Notes: generated by a model from the sequence alone, not told the origin. 43,262 nucleotides of DNA from a virus (IMGVR_UViG_3300045974_000152:1-43262), one strand, 5' to 3'; positions 7,042 to 16,506 are shown, counted from the stretch's first letter. A program made the numbers and translations.

Positions 7042-7068
7042 AATATAGTGGTACAATTTAACAGTATA
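7042..7068 (+). promoter_or_regulatory. 27-bp conserved motif aatatagtggtacaatttaacagtata (copy 2)
   Basis: Identical to 17221-17247. Lies in the terL-downstream intergenic region. Confidence 0.6.
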
Positions 7069-7093
7069 TAGACATAGGAAATAGGAGCGCCTA

Positions 7094-7132
7094 ATGAAAT
7101 ATAAGCTCAATCAAAGTCGGACGGGTATGTAG
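7094..7132 (+). CDS. Leader mini-ORF (12 aa) MKYKLNQSRTGM
   Basis: AGGAG lies 6 nt upstream of the ATG. The last codons sit in the 5' arm of the hairpin at 7119-7153. Confidence 0.25.
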   Translation: MKYKLNQSRTGM

Positions 7133-7153
7133 CACTGGTTGTTACTCCCGTCC
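7119..7153 (+). promoter_or_regulatory. Leader hairpin (ggacggg / cccgtcc, 21-nt loop)
   Basis: A 7-bp perfect stem read directly. No T run follows. Confidence 0.35.
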
Positions 7154-7221
7154 ACACCGATAAGTCGCAAGCTGGGACTTTAAAGCGGTTAATCTTTTAA
7201 AAACCACAAGCGGAGACTAAA

Positions 7222-7485
7222 ATGGCATTTACTGCAACCGATTCTACTGGCGAACCACGAGCATTCTCTATCGGACCTCTTAAACTTCAAATTCTTACGT
7301 ACTCGATCGCATCTGGCGACACTTCCGGAACTGTTACTGCTGACGCTCTTACCACGATCACGGACATCGTTGTTCCTGGTATTTCTATGTCTGCAGCCCC
7401 TTCGATCTCCGGTAACGTAGCTACTCTTACGATTGTTGACCCAGTCGCTACGCGCGTTGGAACGATTCTCGTTTTAGGTAAATAA
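7222..7485 (+). CDS. Small beta-rich virion-module protein (87 aa)
   Basis: GGAG 7 nt upstream. Ser/Thr/Val/Ile-rich. Sits between terL and portal. Confidence 0.65.
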   Translation: MAFTATDSTGEPRAFSIGPLKLQILTYSIASGDTSGTVTADALTTITDIVVPGISMSAAPSISGNVATLTIVDPVATRVGTILVLGK

Positions 7486-7489
7486 TTAA

Positions 7490-7774
7490 ATGGCTGATGC
7501 AAGCGCTTTCGGCAAACCCGTTAACCAGTACAAGCAAGCAATGGCTGCTATGCAGGAAGGTGCAAGTCGTCCTGGTACTCTTCGTGGTATGGCCCCTGCC
7601 GCCGCACCTTCTCCCGCGGCTCCGGCCATCACCGCTAAACTGCCCGGTGAAGGTGAAGCACCCGAGAACGTATTTATTCCAACCGAAGATTCGCCTATGG
7701 CGTCTACTCGGGAAGAACGTATGAAAGCTATGATGGATGCTATGAAGGCAGCCAGAAAGAAACAGTTACCATAA
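7490..7774 (+). CDS. Ala/Pro-rich small protein (94 aa)
   Basis: Track ORF in operon context. Its stop is coupled to the next start. Confidence 0.55.
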   Translation: MADASAFGKPVNQYKQAMAAMQEGASRPGTLRGMAPAAAPSPAAPAITAKLPGEGEAPENVFIPTEDSPMASTREERMKAMMDAMKAARKKQLP

Positions 7775-8028
7775 TGTTTGGACCGTGCAAGGTATGTGCA
7801 GAGAAAGATAAGCGTGTTTCGTCTCTCGAGACTGAGATTGCGTTCCTCCGCACCCTTGTACGGCCCCCTGTTAATAACCGCCAATTGTCCGCCATTGAAT
7901 ACGAGGCGGATGGAGTTATGGGCGGTCAGACCGACCAAATAGAATTACAATCCCACTCGCAACTACGAGAGGAAGAGGATCAGGCCGTGCTCGACGAGCG
8001 TGATGCGATCCTTAATGGAAGTTATTAA
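7774..8028 (+). CDS. Hypothetical protein (84 aa)
   Basis: TAATG coupling at both ends. Confidence 0.55.
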   Translation: MFGPCKVCAEKDKRVSSLETEIAFLRTLVRPPVNNRQLSAIEYEADGVMGGQTDQIELQSHSQLREEEDQAVLDERDAILNGSY

Positions 8029-10310
8029 TGGCAACCAAAAGCAACGGTAACGACAACGCAAGTACGTCCGTAAACACAAGCGGAAACGATATTGACATTA
8101 CTCGTATCAGTAATGACGAGCCAGATCGTCTTGCGTCTGCCATTGAATCGTTCTACAAACAAGACGGCACTAAGAAGACCCGCCTCTCCTATCACTGGGA
8201 GCGCAACATGCGCATGCTCGACGGTGATCAGTGGCTTGTGTTTGGTGGTAGCGGCGGAACTGGCATGTACCAGTGGAACACACTCCAAGTCTCCAAAGCT
8301 AACGAGTATATCCCACGTCCGGTAACAAACTACCTTTTTGATTGCTATCAAACTTTAAAATCTTATCTTACTAAAACCAAACCCCGTTCTACGGTTAAAC
8401 CCAACACGCAGACGTACCAGGACAAAGCCGCAGCTAAAGTTGCAGAGCTTTGTATTGAGGCAAACTACGAACGTCTAAAAGACCAGGAGAACTATGAATA
8501 CGCCGCTGCCGTTCTCATTACTTATGGAACCGTCTACAAGAAGACTTATTGGGATACTACTGCTGGTGGGAGCATTGATGTTTCTCCGATGGCTGATCCT
8601 ATGGCAGGAATCGCCGGAACCCTCCCAGCCCCGCAAGAACTCCCAAGCGTTAATCCCGAAACCGGCCAGCCAATGGAACCGGATTTTGCCGCGCCAAACA
8701 TGGCCGCGCCGCAACCTGAAAGTATTACGCTCGGGGATATTAATACAGTCGTCAAGGAGCCATACTGCATGGCACTTGATCCTCTGGCTACGGATCTGCA
8801 TACCGCTCGTTGGATCATGGAATTTGCGATTCAGCCCCTCGACTGGATTCGCGAAATGTATGGTAAACACGACGAGGGCTACACGGGCCGCGTTGATGAA
8901 GTTAAACCGGAACAGCAACTTTCTGGTTCGATGCGCCGTTTCTACCAGCTTAAAAATTCTTCCGGCGTTAAAAATGCCGCCACACTTGAGGGTGTTGGTA
9001 ACAACGACACGGGAACCCAGCAGCTCGCTAACGCAGCAGTCGTAAAAGAATACTATGAAAGACCTTCTTCAGATTATCCTCGCGGCAGGCTTGTGGTTGT
9101 CGCTAATGGCGTTACTCTCTACGCAGGGGAATCTCCGTATAGCGGTCCCGACTCTGGAGACTGGCACCCATACTCCGAGTGCCGATGGGAGATAGTCCCG
9201 GGTCGTTTTGAAGGTAAATCTCCTCTCGACGCCGCTTGCGAACTCCAGAAGCGTATTAATTCTATCGACGCTACGATCATGCTCGTGCGTAAGACTCAGG
9301 CTATCCCGCAGAAGCTTGTCCCCGCTGGTTGTGGTATCGAACCGGGTCAGTGGACTGGACGCCCAGGACAGCAGCTCTCGTACCGCCCCGACGTCGGTAT
9401 GCCGTCTACCGTACCTGCCGCAGGTGTTGACTCACAGGTCTTCAAAGAACGTGAACAGTGTGTAGAAGACATGAAGACGATCACTGGTGCTATTGACATT
9501 CTGAAGGGTGACCGCCCGCCAGGTGTTAACGCAGCCTCCGCTCTCGCACTTCTTTACGAAGTAGGTACCGGTAAGCTTTTCCCGGTCCTCGACCGTTGGA
9601 AGCGTTTCGTAGAGAATGACCAAAAGAAAGAACTTCGTCTTATTGCTAACAAGTATAAAGAGCCTCGTGAAGAGTATATTAAGATGCTCAAGAAGGCGAA
9701 CAAAGAACTCTCCGCAGGTGACATCGAAAAGTTCCTTGGGCAAGATCTTTTAGATAACTGCAACGTCATCGTTGAATCCGGTTCTAACGTACCGAAGCTC
9801 GAGTCGATGAAGCAGATGCGTCTCCAGGAAGCTGCTCAATCCGGAGCTGTCGATCTTACCCAGCCTATCAACCGCATGGAATACCAGCGTCAGATGGGCA
9901 TCGTAGGGTTTGATAACGACGTCGGCCCTGATGCGAAACGCGCACTGTGGGAAAACGATTGCTTAGATAACATTTTACTTAACCCAGATAAGAAGCCTGT
10001 AGTTCTTACCTGTGACGATGACGCGGTTCACATCTCGACTCACGAACGTCGCATGAAAGAGCCATCGTGGATGGAACTCGATCAAGGTATTCAGCAAGCT
10101 TACATGGCGCACGTTGAAGAGCACCACACTGCTCAAGCGCAAAAGATGCAAATGCAGCAGATGCAAGCGATGGCGATGGGTCAACCTCCGGGGCAGGAAG
10201 CTTCCGGAATGGATCCAACACAAGCACAGGGACATGGCAAGGGCGCTCCGGAAAGTATGCAGAAGGCAAGTGCGTCTTCTGATATTCCACCAGGGAGTGA
10301 ACCTAGATAA
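8028..10310 (+). CDS. Portal protein
   Basis: 760 aa and the largest head-module ORF. Positioned between the terminase and the scaffold/capsid genes. Gln/Met-rich C-terminal tail. Call is based on size and synteny. Confidence 0.75.
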   Translation: MATKSNGNDNASTSVNTSGNDIDITRISNDEPDRLASAIESFYKQDGTKKTRLSYHWERNMRMLDGDQWLVFGGSGGTGMYQWNTLQVSKANEYIPRPVTNYLFDCYQTLKSYLTKTKPRSTVKPNTQTYQDKAAAKVAELCIEANYERLKDQENYEYAAAVLITYGTVYKKTYWDTTAGGSIDVSPMADPMAGIAGTLPAPQELPSVNPETGQPMEPDFAAPNMAAPQPESITLGDINTVVKEPYCMALDPLATDLHTARWIMEFAIQPLDWIREMYGKHDEGYTGRVDEVKPEQQLSGSMRRFYQLKNSSGVKNAATLEGVGNNDTGTQQLANAAVVKEYYERPSSDYPRGRLVVVANGVTLYAGESPYSGPDSGDWHPYSECRWEIVPGRFEGKSPLDAACELQKRINSIDATIMLVRKTQAIPQKLVPAGCGIEPGQWTGRPGQQLSYRPDVGMPSTVPAAGVDSQVFKEREQCVEDMKTITGAIDILKGDRPPGVNAASALALLYEVGTGKLFPVLDRWKRFVENDQKKELRLIANKYKEPREEYIKMLKKANKELSAGDIEKFLGQDLLDNCNVIVESGSNVPKLESMKQMRLQEAAQSGAVDLTQPINRMEYQRQMGIVGFDNDVGPDAKRALWENDCLDNILLNPDKKPVVLTCDDDAVHISTHERRMKEPSWMELDQGIQQAYMAHVEEHHTAQAQKMQMQQMQAMAMGQPPGQEASGMDPTQAQGHGKGAPESMQKASASSDIPPGSEPR

Positions 10311-11179
10311 TGTTGAATCCAGTTACCGGTAAGCGTTGGAAATTGTACATGGGACTGCCGTCGAATGGGACGGTATCGGATTTTCAGTCGTATGTTATTC
10401 GTGATCTGGTTGACCGCTACTCAGATGAGATCGAGTTTATCTTCCCTGAGCAGCTTTGTCAGCGTATCTTCCACGATGCTGCTCGAGAAGGGATCGTTCA
10501 AGACTTCCTCGACTCTGGCGCGGACATCCTCTGGTTTCTTGACTCGGATATTTGCCCACCGAAGTACCTACTTGATCTCGTCGTCCATCACGGCGATAAA
10601 TGGCTAGCCGCAGGAGCACCGTACCCGGTGTTCATGGCGCAACCCGGTGAGTCGGTTCGTCAATTGGTGTTTACGATTTACAAGGCGATTGGCCCATGCC
10701 CTGTTACTAAGAAGCCGCGACTTGCTCCAACCGAGTGCCCTACAGAAGGCACGGCGTTTATTGACGGTATCGCCACTGGGTGCTTGTTCATTAAACGTGA
10801 GGTGTTCGATAAGTTAGAGCGCCCCTACTTCGAATTTAAATACGACCCGATCACACGCGCACCTATCGAGGGTGAAGACATTGGGTTCTGCGTTAAGCTA
10901 CATAAACTTGGTATTCCGTTCTTTATTGATTTCAGCATGGTCTGCAAACACTACAAGAACAATATCGATCTGCTTGAGATGAATAACTACGCTATGTCTT
11001 ACGCCCAGAAATGCGTTGATTACCAACGTCGCATGGTCGAGGAGCAAGCAGCCCAGCTTCAAGAGAAGTGGGACAAACTCAAAGCAGAGAACAAAAAAAT
11101 GAAGGAAATGCTGATTCAGATTCAGCAATCTTCTAAAGGTAACTCCGGTCCTGCACGAGGGGACGTTTTCTACCGATAA
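10310..11179 (+). CDS. GT-A fold (GT2-like) glycosyltransferase with C-terminal coiled coil
   Basis: 289 aa. LPSNG near the N-terminus, DxD motif in ILWFLDSDICPP, GCLFIKREVF and EGEDIGFC motifs. Coiled-coil tail QAAQLQEKWDKLKAENKKMKEM. Confidence 0.6.
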   Translation: MLNPVTGKRWKLYMGLPSNGTVSDFQSYVIRDLVDRYSDEIEFIFPEQLCQRIFHDAAREGIVQDFLDSGADILWFLDSDICPPKYLLDLVVHHGDKWLAAGAPYPVFMAQPGESVRQLVFTIYKAIGPCPVTKKPRLAPTECPTEGTAFIDGIATGCLFIKREVFDKLERPYFEFKYDPITRAPIEGEDIGFCVKLHKLGIPFFIDFSMVCKHYKNNIDLLEMNNYAMSYAQKCVDYQRRMVEEQAAQLQEKWDKLKAENKKMKEMLIQIQQSSKGNSGPARGDVFYR

Positions 11180-11317
11180 AGTTTCCCACGTACATGCGCT
11201 CGTGGGGCGCAAAGCAAGTACCGAGGTTATGCGAACTGGGTACTCCCGCTTATAACAACCGCATTGGGTATAGGTTTGCCCACCGCTCGTCACGGCCAAT
11301 AGACGTAAAAGGAACCT

Positions 11318-12088
11318 ATGTTTGAAAATGAAGGTACTGAGATCGAGTCTACCCAATCCGACGTAACCGAGGACTCCTCGTCGGAGAGTCCGAGCGATGC
11401 TCAAACGGGACAGCAAGCTGCCGCCCCGCAGAAACAGCAGGAAGAGCCTAGAATTCCTTACGAACGTTTCCAAGAAATGGTGACGCAACGTAAGGAAGCC
11501 GAACTCAAGATGCAGCAATACGAACAACGTATGGCTGATATGGAGCGTCGGTATCAAGAGGCGCAGAAACCAAAAACTGTAGAACGTGATCCAATGTATG
11601 AGCGTCTCAAGGGTATTGACCCCGAGTTTGCGGAGTATCTGAACGATGTACGTTCTCAAGCGCTGAGTGCTAAAGAGCTTCGGGAAGAGCTTAATAGTAT
11701 GAAGCAAGAGCAGTTCGTTAGCAGTGCGCTAGGGAAGTTTGCAGAACTGAACAAGGTGAACAATGTCTCTCCGGAGCTTGCAACCCTTTATCAGTCTGAA
11801 ATTGACTTAGCTTATCGGGACGGAAAGATTAAAACGCTTTCTGACTTAGAGAAAACTTATAACGATTTGCACGGTAGAACTTCGAAATTCTTACAAGCGC
11901 AGGAGCGTTCAATCATCGAGAAGTATACCTCTTCTAAGAAGGCGGATGCAAAAGCACCCGCAGCACAATCCAAAGGACGTGCCCCTTCTCAAGGCAAAGC
12001 AGTCGAGTTTTCTAAGAATCCTCAAGAAGCAAAGGCACAATTAATTAAACATATGGCGTCGGCTTTGAAATCCGGTCGCGATATTTAA
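11318..12088 (+). CDS. Scaffolding protein
   Basis: 256 aa. Acidic N-terminus, Glu/Lys/Gln-rich helical sequence. Lies between the portal and capsid genes. SD AAGGA. Confidence 0.6.
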   Translation: MFENEGTEIESTQSDVTEDSSSESPSDAQTGQQAAAPQKQQEEPRIPYERFQEMVTQRKEAELKMQQYEQRMADMERRYQEAQKPKTVERDPMYERLKGIDPEFAEYLNDVRSQALSAKELREELNSMKQEQFVSSALGKFAELNKVNNVSPELATLYQSEIDLAYRDGKIKTLSDLEKTYNDLHGRTSKFLQAQERSIIEKYTSSKKADAKAPAAQSKGRAPSQGKAVEFSKNPQEAKAQLIKHMASALKSGRDI

Positions 12089-12106
12089 CAAAACATAGGT
12101 GAATAA

Positions 12107-13321
12107 ATGGCAACAGATCTTTCAAGTATTTCCGGCGCACTTAAGCAAGTGTACGGACAATACAATGTACAACAGAACTTAAAAGCAAAAGCTATCGATC
12201 AGATCGCTAAGTCGTTAACCAAGTACTCCAACGGTGGACAAGGTTACTTCGGAGCAATTAACGACTACGGTAACGAATCCGGTGGAGCTATCAACGAAAC
12301 CGAAACTTTCCGTACGATCGATAACGAAGACTACAAACAATTCAAAGTCACTCCAAAAGTGATCGTATGGCCTATCCAGTTCTCTGGACTGGTTGCTGCG
12401 GCTGCTGATGAAGATGATGAGACGTTCGCTAACGTCGTTGTCGATGCTCTCGACATGGCTAAAGAGCGTATGCTCAAAGACGAAAACCGCCAATTCTACG
12501 GACTTGGAACCGGTGTTCTTGCGTCCCCTGCAGGAACTGTATCGTCTGCTGCTACGTCGTTCTCGGTTGACTCCGCTCAGTACCTCCGTGCTAACATGGT
12601 TATCGACGTCTGCGCTGCAGGCTCTTCGACCGAAGTTATCTCGTCGGCACGTATTTCGGATGTTGACAAGGTGAACAACGTTGTTTATCTAGCGACTTCG
12701 CTCGGCGCGTCTCTGACCGTCGCTAACGAACTCGTTAAAGAAAACATCCGCGCTTCCCAGCCTTCTGATGGTAAGGAAATGATGGGTCTCCGTGGTATCG
12801 TTGACGATAGCACTGACCTCACCACTTTCGAAAACCTCTCGGCTGCTTCGAACCGCATCTGGCGCGGACGCCGGATCGATGCTTCGTCTGCTAACCTCAC
12901 TTCCGACCTTCTCCAGCGTCTCCTTGACGACGTTGAAGTTCTCGGTGGCGATGCTCCAGACACCATCATCATGCACCAAAAACAACGCCGTAAGTATCTC
13001 GACATCGTTGTACCGCAAAAGCGTTACAACGACCAGAAGCTTGACGCAGGTTTCGACATGCTCTCTTTCAACGGCAAGGACCTGTTCCTTGACGAAGATT
13101 GCCAGCAAGCAACTGTTTATGCTCTCACGAAGAAGCACATCCAGAAGTACGAACTTGAAGCTATCGGAATGGGTAAATACGACGGATCGGATACGTTCCT
13201 CCGTGCAGTTAACCAAGACGTGTTTCAAGCTTACTGGAGACACTACTGCAACTTCGGTACTGGCAAGCGTAACGCACACGGCAAGATCGTGTCCCTCGCT
13301 TCCCCTACTGGTGTAGCTTAA
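12107..13321 (+). CDS. Major capsid protein
   Basis: 404 aa. SD AGGTGA. Followed by the clearest intrinsic terminator in the window. Position fits a capsid gene. Confidence 0.75.
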   Translation: MATDLSSISGALKQVYGQYNVQQNLKAKAIDQIAKSLTKYSNGGQGYFGAINDYGNESGGAINETETFRTIDNEDYKQFKVTPKVIVWPIQFSGLVAAAADEDDETFANVVVDALDMAKERMLKDENRQFYGLGTGVLASPAGTVSSAATSFSVDSAQYLRANMVIDVCAAGSSTEVISSARISDVDKVNNVVYLATSLGASLTVANELVKENIRASQPSDGKEMMGLRGIVDDSTDLTTFENLSAASNRIWRGRRIDASSANLTSDLLQRLLDDVEVLGGDAPDTIIMHQKQRRKYLDIVVPQKRYNDQKLDAGFDMLSFNGKDLFLDEDCQQATVYALTKKHIQKYELEAIGMGKYDGSDTFLRAVNQDVFQAYWRHYCNFGTGKRNAHGKIVSLASPTGVA

Positions 13322-13342
13322 TTAGTTAGTTGAGTTTGGGGA

Positions 13343-13375
13343 GCCGGTTCTCTAAAAACCGGCCACATTTTTATT
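13343..13375 (+). terminator. Rho-independent terminator after the capsid gene
   Basis: gccggtt-ctctaaa-aaccggc followed by cacatttttatt. Confidence 0.65.
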
Positions 13376-13413
13376 AGGATTTAATAACAACATGCGCAGA
13401 GCGCGGGGTCAAT

Positions 13414-13626
13414 ATGTCAATCAGTAAACTAAACAAAGTCTCTAAAATGTACCACGCAGCCTCCAAAAACTCTAAGTCAAAAACTAGCGATGCCACTGAG
13501 CTTGACTCTCTCCGTAAAAACCTTAAGAAGAAGGAAGACTCGGAAACTGACGTTCAAGAGTCAGATGAGTCAGAGACGGAAAAACAAGTAGAAGACGCAC
13601 TTAAGATCGAAAAGAAAAAGAAATAA
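13414..13626 (+). CDS. Highly charged Lys/Glu/Ser-rich small protein (70 aa)
   Basis: Track ORF. Low-complexity charged sequence. Confidence 0.5.
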   Translation: MSISKLNKVSKMYHAASKNSKSKTSDATELDSLRKNLKKKEDSETDVQESDESETEKQVEDALKIEKKKK

Positions 13627-13641
13627 TCCCTAAAGGACACC

Positions 13642-16506
13642 GTGGGAAATAAATCCTTATATAATAAAATCCCGTCCAGTCAGTTTGGTATCGGTGGTGA
13701 TAAGGTTTCTACTAAGGAACTCACCATCGATACTAACGACCAGCCACCTCAAACAAAGGTGATTTTACAGGGTAACTCCGCGACGGCTGGCGAGATAACA
13801 GTTGTCCTCCCAAGTACGTCGGGTACACTGTCTTATGGCGGAACTACGAACGCGTTTGAGACGATACAGACTCCGTTGGGCACTAGTCCGGTGGCTACCT
13901 CAGCGTTTGATGTACTCACGATGTCTTCTGGCTCCGGAATTACTATAACTGGTAATGCCGCAACCGATACCATTACTTACGCTATAGACCCTTCTGCCTT
14001 ACCCGCTAACGGAGCACAATCGGGTTTTTTATCATCAACTGACTGGTCAACATTCAACGGAAAGCAAGCAGCGCTGGGCTACTTCCCTGCTAATGATCAA
14101 CTATCAAATCTAGCTACAACCGCAATTAACAGCAATCTACTTCCTGATACGGATGGGTTTTATAACGTAGGGCTGACCGGACAAAACTGGGACCATGTAA
14201 ACACGAGAGTAATCGGCTTTGACGGGGTCACTCAATTTGATTTTGTAAACTCAAAAATAAATGACACCGCTGGTCTTCAAGCTCTAAAAATCGATGATCG
14301 CACAGCGTTTGACGTTGCTGGAGCTGTTTCGCTTTCTTGGAATTCTAGAACACTTAACGACTCAACAGGAGCTGAGTCTGCGAACTGGCAACTCAGACAT
14401 CTTTCGGACGATTCAGCCCTACTTTCATTAGATTGGCTGGACCGAAGGCTCTTTGCGCTAGATGGTACCACAGCAAATTTTGATTGGTCCTCTGCTACAG
14501 GACCTACCACGCTAACCCAAACACGTGGTGATGACACAACTAAAGTAGCTACAACGGCTTTTGTCGCTGCTAAATTTAGAGGCACAGCGGCTTCCGATTC
14601 CTCTCCGAACGTAGAACAGCTTTCCGCAGCTGGTTGGACATCAACTGGATGGACCGGATCTTTTGCTGCAGGTTTTACAAACGTCCCGACAAACGTATCA
14701 TCACTAACTAATACTGTAGTTTTTACTGCTGGTGTTTACTATAAAGTAACATTAACCATAACTGGTAGAACCGCCGGTACTATTTCTACCGACATTGGTG
14801 GCGTTAATTACGATAGTGGTACATCCGCCTCTTATACTTTTAACGTTCTACCGTCCGTCACGGGTACACTCTCCATTACACCTACTTCTACCTTTAATGG
14901 GACGGTAGTTGTTTCTATTGTCACGAACTCTGTACCTACTTCGATTTTTTATAACTCAACTGGGACAGATGGACTTGAACTACGGTCGCCAACTAACACC
15001 GCCAACGTGTTTTTAGGTAAATTCGCTGGGGCCTCTAATACTATCGGATACAATAGTGTTTTTGTGGGTAATCAAGCGGGAGGGGCAAACGTAGAAGGGG
15101 GGGGTCATACCGCAGTCGGTTCGGAGGCTATGGCTGCGTTTATAGGTGGGCCATCAACCGTGGGCCACACAGCTATCGGACGCCAAGCCCTTAGATTTAT
15201 GAGGAGTAGCACTTTTGAGAACGTCGCTGTTGGTAGCTACGCTCTTTATAGTTTGCAGTCAGGGAATGGCGGAAATACCGCAGTTGGTAACTCAGTTTTA
15301 GGTTATTTATTAACTGGGCAGTACAACACGGGTGTTGGGTATCAAGCCCTACTTAATTGTACCGGAAACGAGAACACCGCGCTCGGTATGAGTTCTCTTT
15401 TAGCGCTAACTTCAGGAGCTCAAAATACAGCCATAGGACGCCTTAGCGGGTTTAATGCTACAGGATCCGGTAATACTTTTGTAGGTTATCAAGCCGGACG
15501 TACGATTACGTCAACAAGCAACAACACGTTTGTAGGCCTAAGCGCTGGATTTAACGGGTCTCAGTTAGCGACTGCGACAAACTCAATCGCCATCGGAAAC
15601 GGGAGCTATACCACAGCATCTAACCAGATGGTTTTAGGTTTCACGACCATCACATCTATCGGTCTGGGTATGATCCCAGCTACCACTGTTAAGCTAGACG
15701 TATCAGACACTACGTTGGCTGCTTCCGGTGCGTTGGCGGGAACTTTACTTAATCTGGCTCAGACCTGGAACACTACAGGGATTCCAACCGCGATTAAGCT
15801 AAACGTAACAGACACAGCATCCAACGCCGCATCCGCTCTTTTAGATTTACAAGTAGGGGGCGTGAGTAAGTTTAAGGTAGATAAGCTAGGTCAGTTAACG
15901 GGTGTTTTTGGGGTTAGTACGGGTGGCGCATTTATCACTTCGTCTTACTCTTCTGCGGCACAGTTTTACTCCCGTGGTGCCGCAATTGATAACGTTGGAG
16001 GCTTCAGGGCGCTTTCAAACTGGGCCCCCACTTCAGGGACAAATTACGGAGTTTCGATTTACTCCGGCACTGGGTACGCTCCCACTTCCGGCACTGGAAT
16101 ATTTAACGCTTACGAGTATATCGGGACAATTAATCAAACAGGAGGGGCTAACGGGGTAACTCGCGGTCTTTACATTAATCCGACTATTACAGCCGCTGCT
16201 GATTTTAGAGCTATAGAAACCACAGCCGGAAAAGTCGTTTTTTGGGCCACTAATACAGCTAGTGGTACTACCGGTGCCCAAACTATTAATAAAACTTCAG
16301 GAACTGTTAACTTTGCAGCAGCCGCGACGTCTTTAGTCGTCACTAACTCTCTGGTAACGACTGCTAGTATTATTATGTGCGTAGTAAGGACTAACGATAC
16401 TACAGCTACGATTAAAAACGTGGTACCCGCTGCTGGTTCTTTTACAATAAATCTCAGTACGGCGGCTACTGCTGAGACCTCGGTCGGTTTTATGGTTATC
16501 AACTAA
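13642..16506 (+). CDS. Tail fibre / spike protein with adhesin-like repeat core
   Basis: 954 aa. GTG start with AAGGA upstream. Fibre-type motif SGFLSSTDWSTFNGKQ. About 10 degenerate NTA[VIL]G repeats reminiscent of YadA-head/Hep_Hag repeats. Confidence 0.7.
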   Translation: MGNKSLYNKIPSSQFGIGGDKVSTKELTIDTNDQPPQTKVILQGNSATAGEITVVLPSTSGTLSYGGTTNAFETIQTPLGTSPVATSAFDVLTMSSGSGITITGNAATDTITYAIDPSALPANGAQSGFLSSTDWSTFNGKQAALGYFPANDQLSNLATTAINSNLLPDTDGFYNVGLTGQNWDHVNTRVIGFDGVTQFDFVNSKINDTAGLQALKIDDRTAFDVAGAVSLSWNSRTLNDSTGAESANWQLRHLSDDSALLSLDWLDRRLFALDGTTANFDWSSATGPTTLTQTRGDDTTKVATTAFVAAKFRGTAASDSSPNVEQLSAAGWTSTGWTGSFAAGFTNVPTNVSSLTNTVVFTAGVYYKVTLTITGRTAGTISTDIGGVNYDSGTSASYTFNVLPSVTGTLSITPTSTFNGTVVVSIVTNSVPTSIFYNSTGTDGLELRSPTNTANVFLGKFAGASNTIGYNSVFVGNQAGGANVEGGGHTAVGSEAMAAFIGGPSTVGHTAIGRQALRFMRSSTFENVAVGSYALYSLQSGNGGNTAVGNSVLGYLLTGQYNTGVGYQALLNCTGNENTALGMSSLLALTSGAQNTAIGRLSGFNATGSGNTFVGYQAGRTITSTSNNTFVGLSAGFNGSQLATATNSIAIGNGSYTTASNQMVLGFTTITSIGLGMIPATTVKLDVSDTTLAASGALAGTLLNLAQTWNTTGIPTAIKLNVTDTASNAASALLDLQVGGVSKFKVDKLGQLTGVFGVSTGGAFITSSYSSAAQFYSRGAAIDNVGGFRALSNWAPTSGTNYGVSIYSGTGYAPTSGTGIFNAYEYIGTINQTGGANGVTRGLYINPTITAAADFRAIETTAGKVVFWATNTASGTTGAQTINKTSGTVNFAAAATSLVVTNSLVTTASIIMCVVRTNDTTATIKNVVPAAGSFTINLSTAATAETSVGFMVIN

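Noticed and set aside
7047-7064. Reading the TGGTAC...ACAG motif as a sigma-54 (-24 GG / -12 GC) promoter
   Set aside because: GG is present, but the position 10 nt downstream is CA rather than GC in all copies. No enhancer-binding protein gene is present.
7486-7938. 150-aa minus-strand ORF
   Set aside because: It is the antisense of the Ala/Pro-rich + strand ORFs, and its Gly/Ala runs mirror them.
8475-9045. 183-aa (+) and 147-aa (-) ORFs within the portal gene
   Set aside because: They are off-frame or antisense within a 760-aa ORF with good context, and have low-complexity composition.
10898-11707. 269-aa minus-strand ORF spanning the GT-A/scaffold junction
   Set aside because: It is Leu/Arg/Phe-rich low-complexity sequence antisense to two well-supported + strand genes, and the surrounding operon is entirely on the + strand.
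12689-13316. 196-aa (-) and 174-aa (+) alternative-frame ORFs inside the capsid gene
   Set aside because: They are Ser/Arg/Leu-rich off-frame translations of a highly expressed gene, with no start context.
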